A stretch of 64,000 nucleotides of DNA, taken from Macrostomum hystrix. Taxonomy: Eukaryota; Animalia; Platyhelminthes. The notes under the pieces are model-generated. The model was given only the letters and a program-made list of their open reading frames with translations, did not search any database and was not told the DNA's origin. The position numbers and the translations under genes are program-made. The DNA lies in NCBI GenBank assembly GCA_950097015.1, contig CATNEN010000039.1, forward strand, positions 6,262,001-6,326,000. The letters run 5' to 3'. Below are positions 61,954 through 64,000 of the stretch, piece after piece. How positions within the stretch are numbered: the stretch's first letter is position 1; every line of letters begins with the position of its first letter.

Positions 61954-62712
61954 CAGGGGTCGGCAAACTCCGGCCCGCGGGCCAGATGCGGCCCTCAAAG
62001 CTCCCAAATCCGGCCCGTTGCCCCTTCCGACACCTATTGTATACAGTTTCATCTTTCCCCTGCCTCATCTCTCCCGTGTGTCGCCTTTCCCCCTGTCTCA
62101 TCTCTCCCGTGTGTCACCTCTCCCGTGTCTTATCTCTCCATTGTCTCGTCTCTCCCGTGTCTTATCTCTCCATTGTCTCGTCTCTCCCGTGTCTTGTCTC
62201 TCCTTTGTCTCACCTCTCCTGTGTCTTATCTCTCCCGTGTCTCATCTCTCCCGTGTGTCATCTCTCCAATGTCTCGTCTCTCCCGTGTCTCATCTCGCCA
62301 TTGTCTCGTCTCTCCCGTACTGTAGTGTGCGTACGCACGTGAGCCAGGCCCAGGTGTACACCTGGGTCGTTTGATTGGTTGCGGAGCGGGTGGGTGTCGC
62401 CACCCCAGTTCTAGCAAATAATACGCTCGTATATTGACGCGCGCTCAGCGTGGCAGTAAAAATGAGAGTTTTGTCTGCGCACTAAAAATAGCCTCGGCCT
62501 TAGTTATTACACGTACCTTATCTCTCCTTTGTCTCATCTCTCTCGTTTCTCATCTCTTCTCTCTCTCTTCTCTTCTCTCTCTCATCTCTCCTGTTTCTCA
62601 TCTCTCCCCTATCTCTGATACATTTCTCTTAGATTTCTACAGTCTGCGCGGCCCGCTGTCGTCTTTTAGGTTCTCTATTTGGCCCGCTAGCTAATAAGTT
62701 TGCCGACCCCTG
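61954..62712. mobile_element. Non-autonomous hAT element (Charlie/Buster-like MITE) with internal CT-rich repeats
   Basis: 16-bp TIRs CAGGGGTCGGCAAACT, subterminal GGCCCGCGGGCC, and a perfect 8-bp TSD ATATAGAG (61946-61953 and 62713-62720). Confidence 0.92.
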
Positions 62713-63963
62713 ATATAGAGGAAGAGGAGAGGTCTCGCTAGCATTGAGCATCATAATAATTACCGCTAAATCTGCTACGAGCGTATGTACATTTTACTAG
62801 TTGAAATCGAATCGCTTAATCAGCCAAGAGACCCATATCACTATCGCCACACATAAACGCACGTTCGGGTGCTAAAAGAAGTGACGCAATCCTATTCAAT
62901 TGGCAGTATCGGGCCCTCTGTTAAGCTCGCGGGCAAGAAAATGTATAATTGAAGTTTTCAGTTTAAAAGTGAGCCAGCGCTTTCTGTGGCTGTCGGAAAT
63001 TCAACCTGCATGTGTATCATTTCAGAACCTTTTTTAGCCTAATTCCTAATAAATTGCGCTGCAAGAACCGAAAAACTTTTCTCCATCTTTTTTTATCGTT
63101 AAATTTGTCCCTCCGAGCTGTCCCGTAGCAAACACCGCATGCAGAATTTCCATTATTTGTAGCAGACATTGTACCAAGTGTTTCCTGTCTGGAAACTAGG
63201 AGAGTAGAGAATGCAACCAAGGCCATTCATATGGCAGGCTGCCTGAGAAACTATAGAGGCTGAAGCCTCGTATAGATTAAAGTTGTTGATTTCGGCACAG
63301 CAACAGCACATTAACACAATCTGCCTGACTTTCCGATCCCGACTTTGGATTCATTTCGCGTTGTTTCTTTCTGTCTCTCAAAAGCGAGAGAGGAAGGACT
63401 TTTTCTAGAACTTTCTGAACAATTTTGGCGCCTTAATTACCATGTCTTGACAAGTTCGGTAATAGTTGCTAAGCGGTATCATGTCGTCAGCTGAATTTGT
63501 TCCAATCAAAAGATGCTCATAGTGAGAAGGGGAAGCTCAAATGAAGTTTGGGCATCAGGAGAGGAACAGGAGAGAGCTGGGGTTGGAGAGAATGGAATGC
63601 GTTGTTGTCAGTGTGTTGCGCACAGCCCAATGGTCCCCGCTTGTTAATGAATGACTGCAACGTGCATGTCGATTGGAACAGTGTTTGAGAGGCCCATCAC
63701 GCATCTGCAGTGGAAACCAAATCATCGGACAAGCAAAACTGATGGAGCCATGGCATATACCATTGCAGCATCTGGCAGCAGCACAGCAATAGATTGCTTT
63801 CAATTTCTCGGGCTAGCGGATGACAAAGCCACTATGCCTGGGTGAAGTCCTCCGCAATTAGTCAAAATATATTTCTCGGACGGATGAAGCACACCTTGGT
63901 TTACTCCGGGAAATTCAGATTGATGAGGCCCACTTGCATTCCTGCGCAATGGACATGGCACTT

Positions 63964-63995
<32 letters not shown>

Positions 63996-64000
63996 GCAAG

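Noticed and set aside
63480-64000. Coding-like region ending in (CAG)n
   Set aside because: Strand and frame are ambiguous (poly-Q versus poly-A), it is cut by the window edge, and no motif is recognisable.
1-64000. Fanzor/TnpB, Helitron Rep-Hel or Polinton core genes
   Set aside because: I recognised no RuvC, HUH/helicase, pPolB or capsid motifs in any ORF.

Overview
Eukaryotic (invertebrate animal) genomic DNA with spliceosomal introns, no prokaryotic features and no CRISPR. The GC-rich exons, short AT-rich introns and dense minisatellites resemble a free-living flatworm such as Macrostomum, but this is inference only. Three conserved genes can be reconstructed exon by exon: the 5' part of ATP-citrate lyase (ACLY, minus, runs off the left edge), a complete ANKLE2/LEM4 (minus, 3 coding exons, ~852 aa) and a complete aftiphilin (AFTPH, plus, 7 coding exons, ~893 aa). 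There is also an intact, coding-intronless secreted protein (degenerate PAN/apple-like plus LamG/ConA-like). About a third of the window is tandem repeat (14-80 bp units, including an 8.3-kb 31-bp array). ANKLE2 intron 2 holds a four-level nest of transposons, each with readable ends and TSDs: a dead THAP/P element contains a solo LTR and a hAT element; the hAT contains a minisatellite and an RNase H-bearing LINE; the LINE contains an inverted 90-bp copy of its own 3' tail. Next to this nest is a young internally deleted P element that keeps only the THAP/N-terminal part (KP-like). A truncated Gypsy element, three MITEs and tRNA-derived SINEs are also present. I found no clear wholly new enzymatic system. 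The best leads are the self-inserted LINE hairpin, the KP-like element, the PAN-LamG island, and evidence that one dispersed element spawns different satellites at different loci. All family calls come from motif recognition by eye, not database searches.
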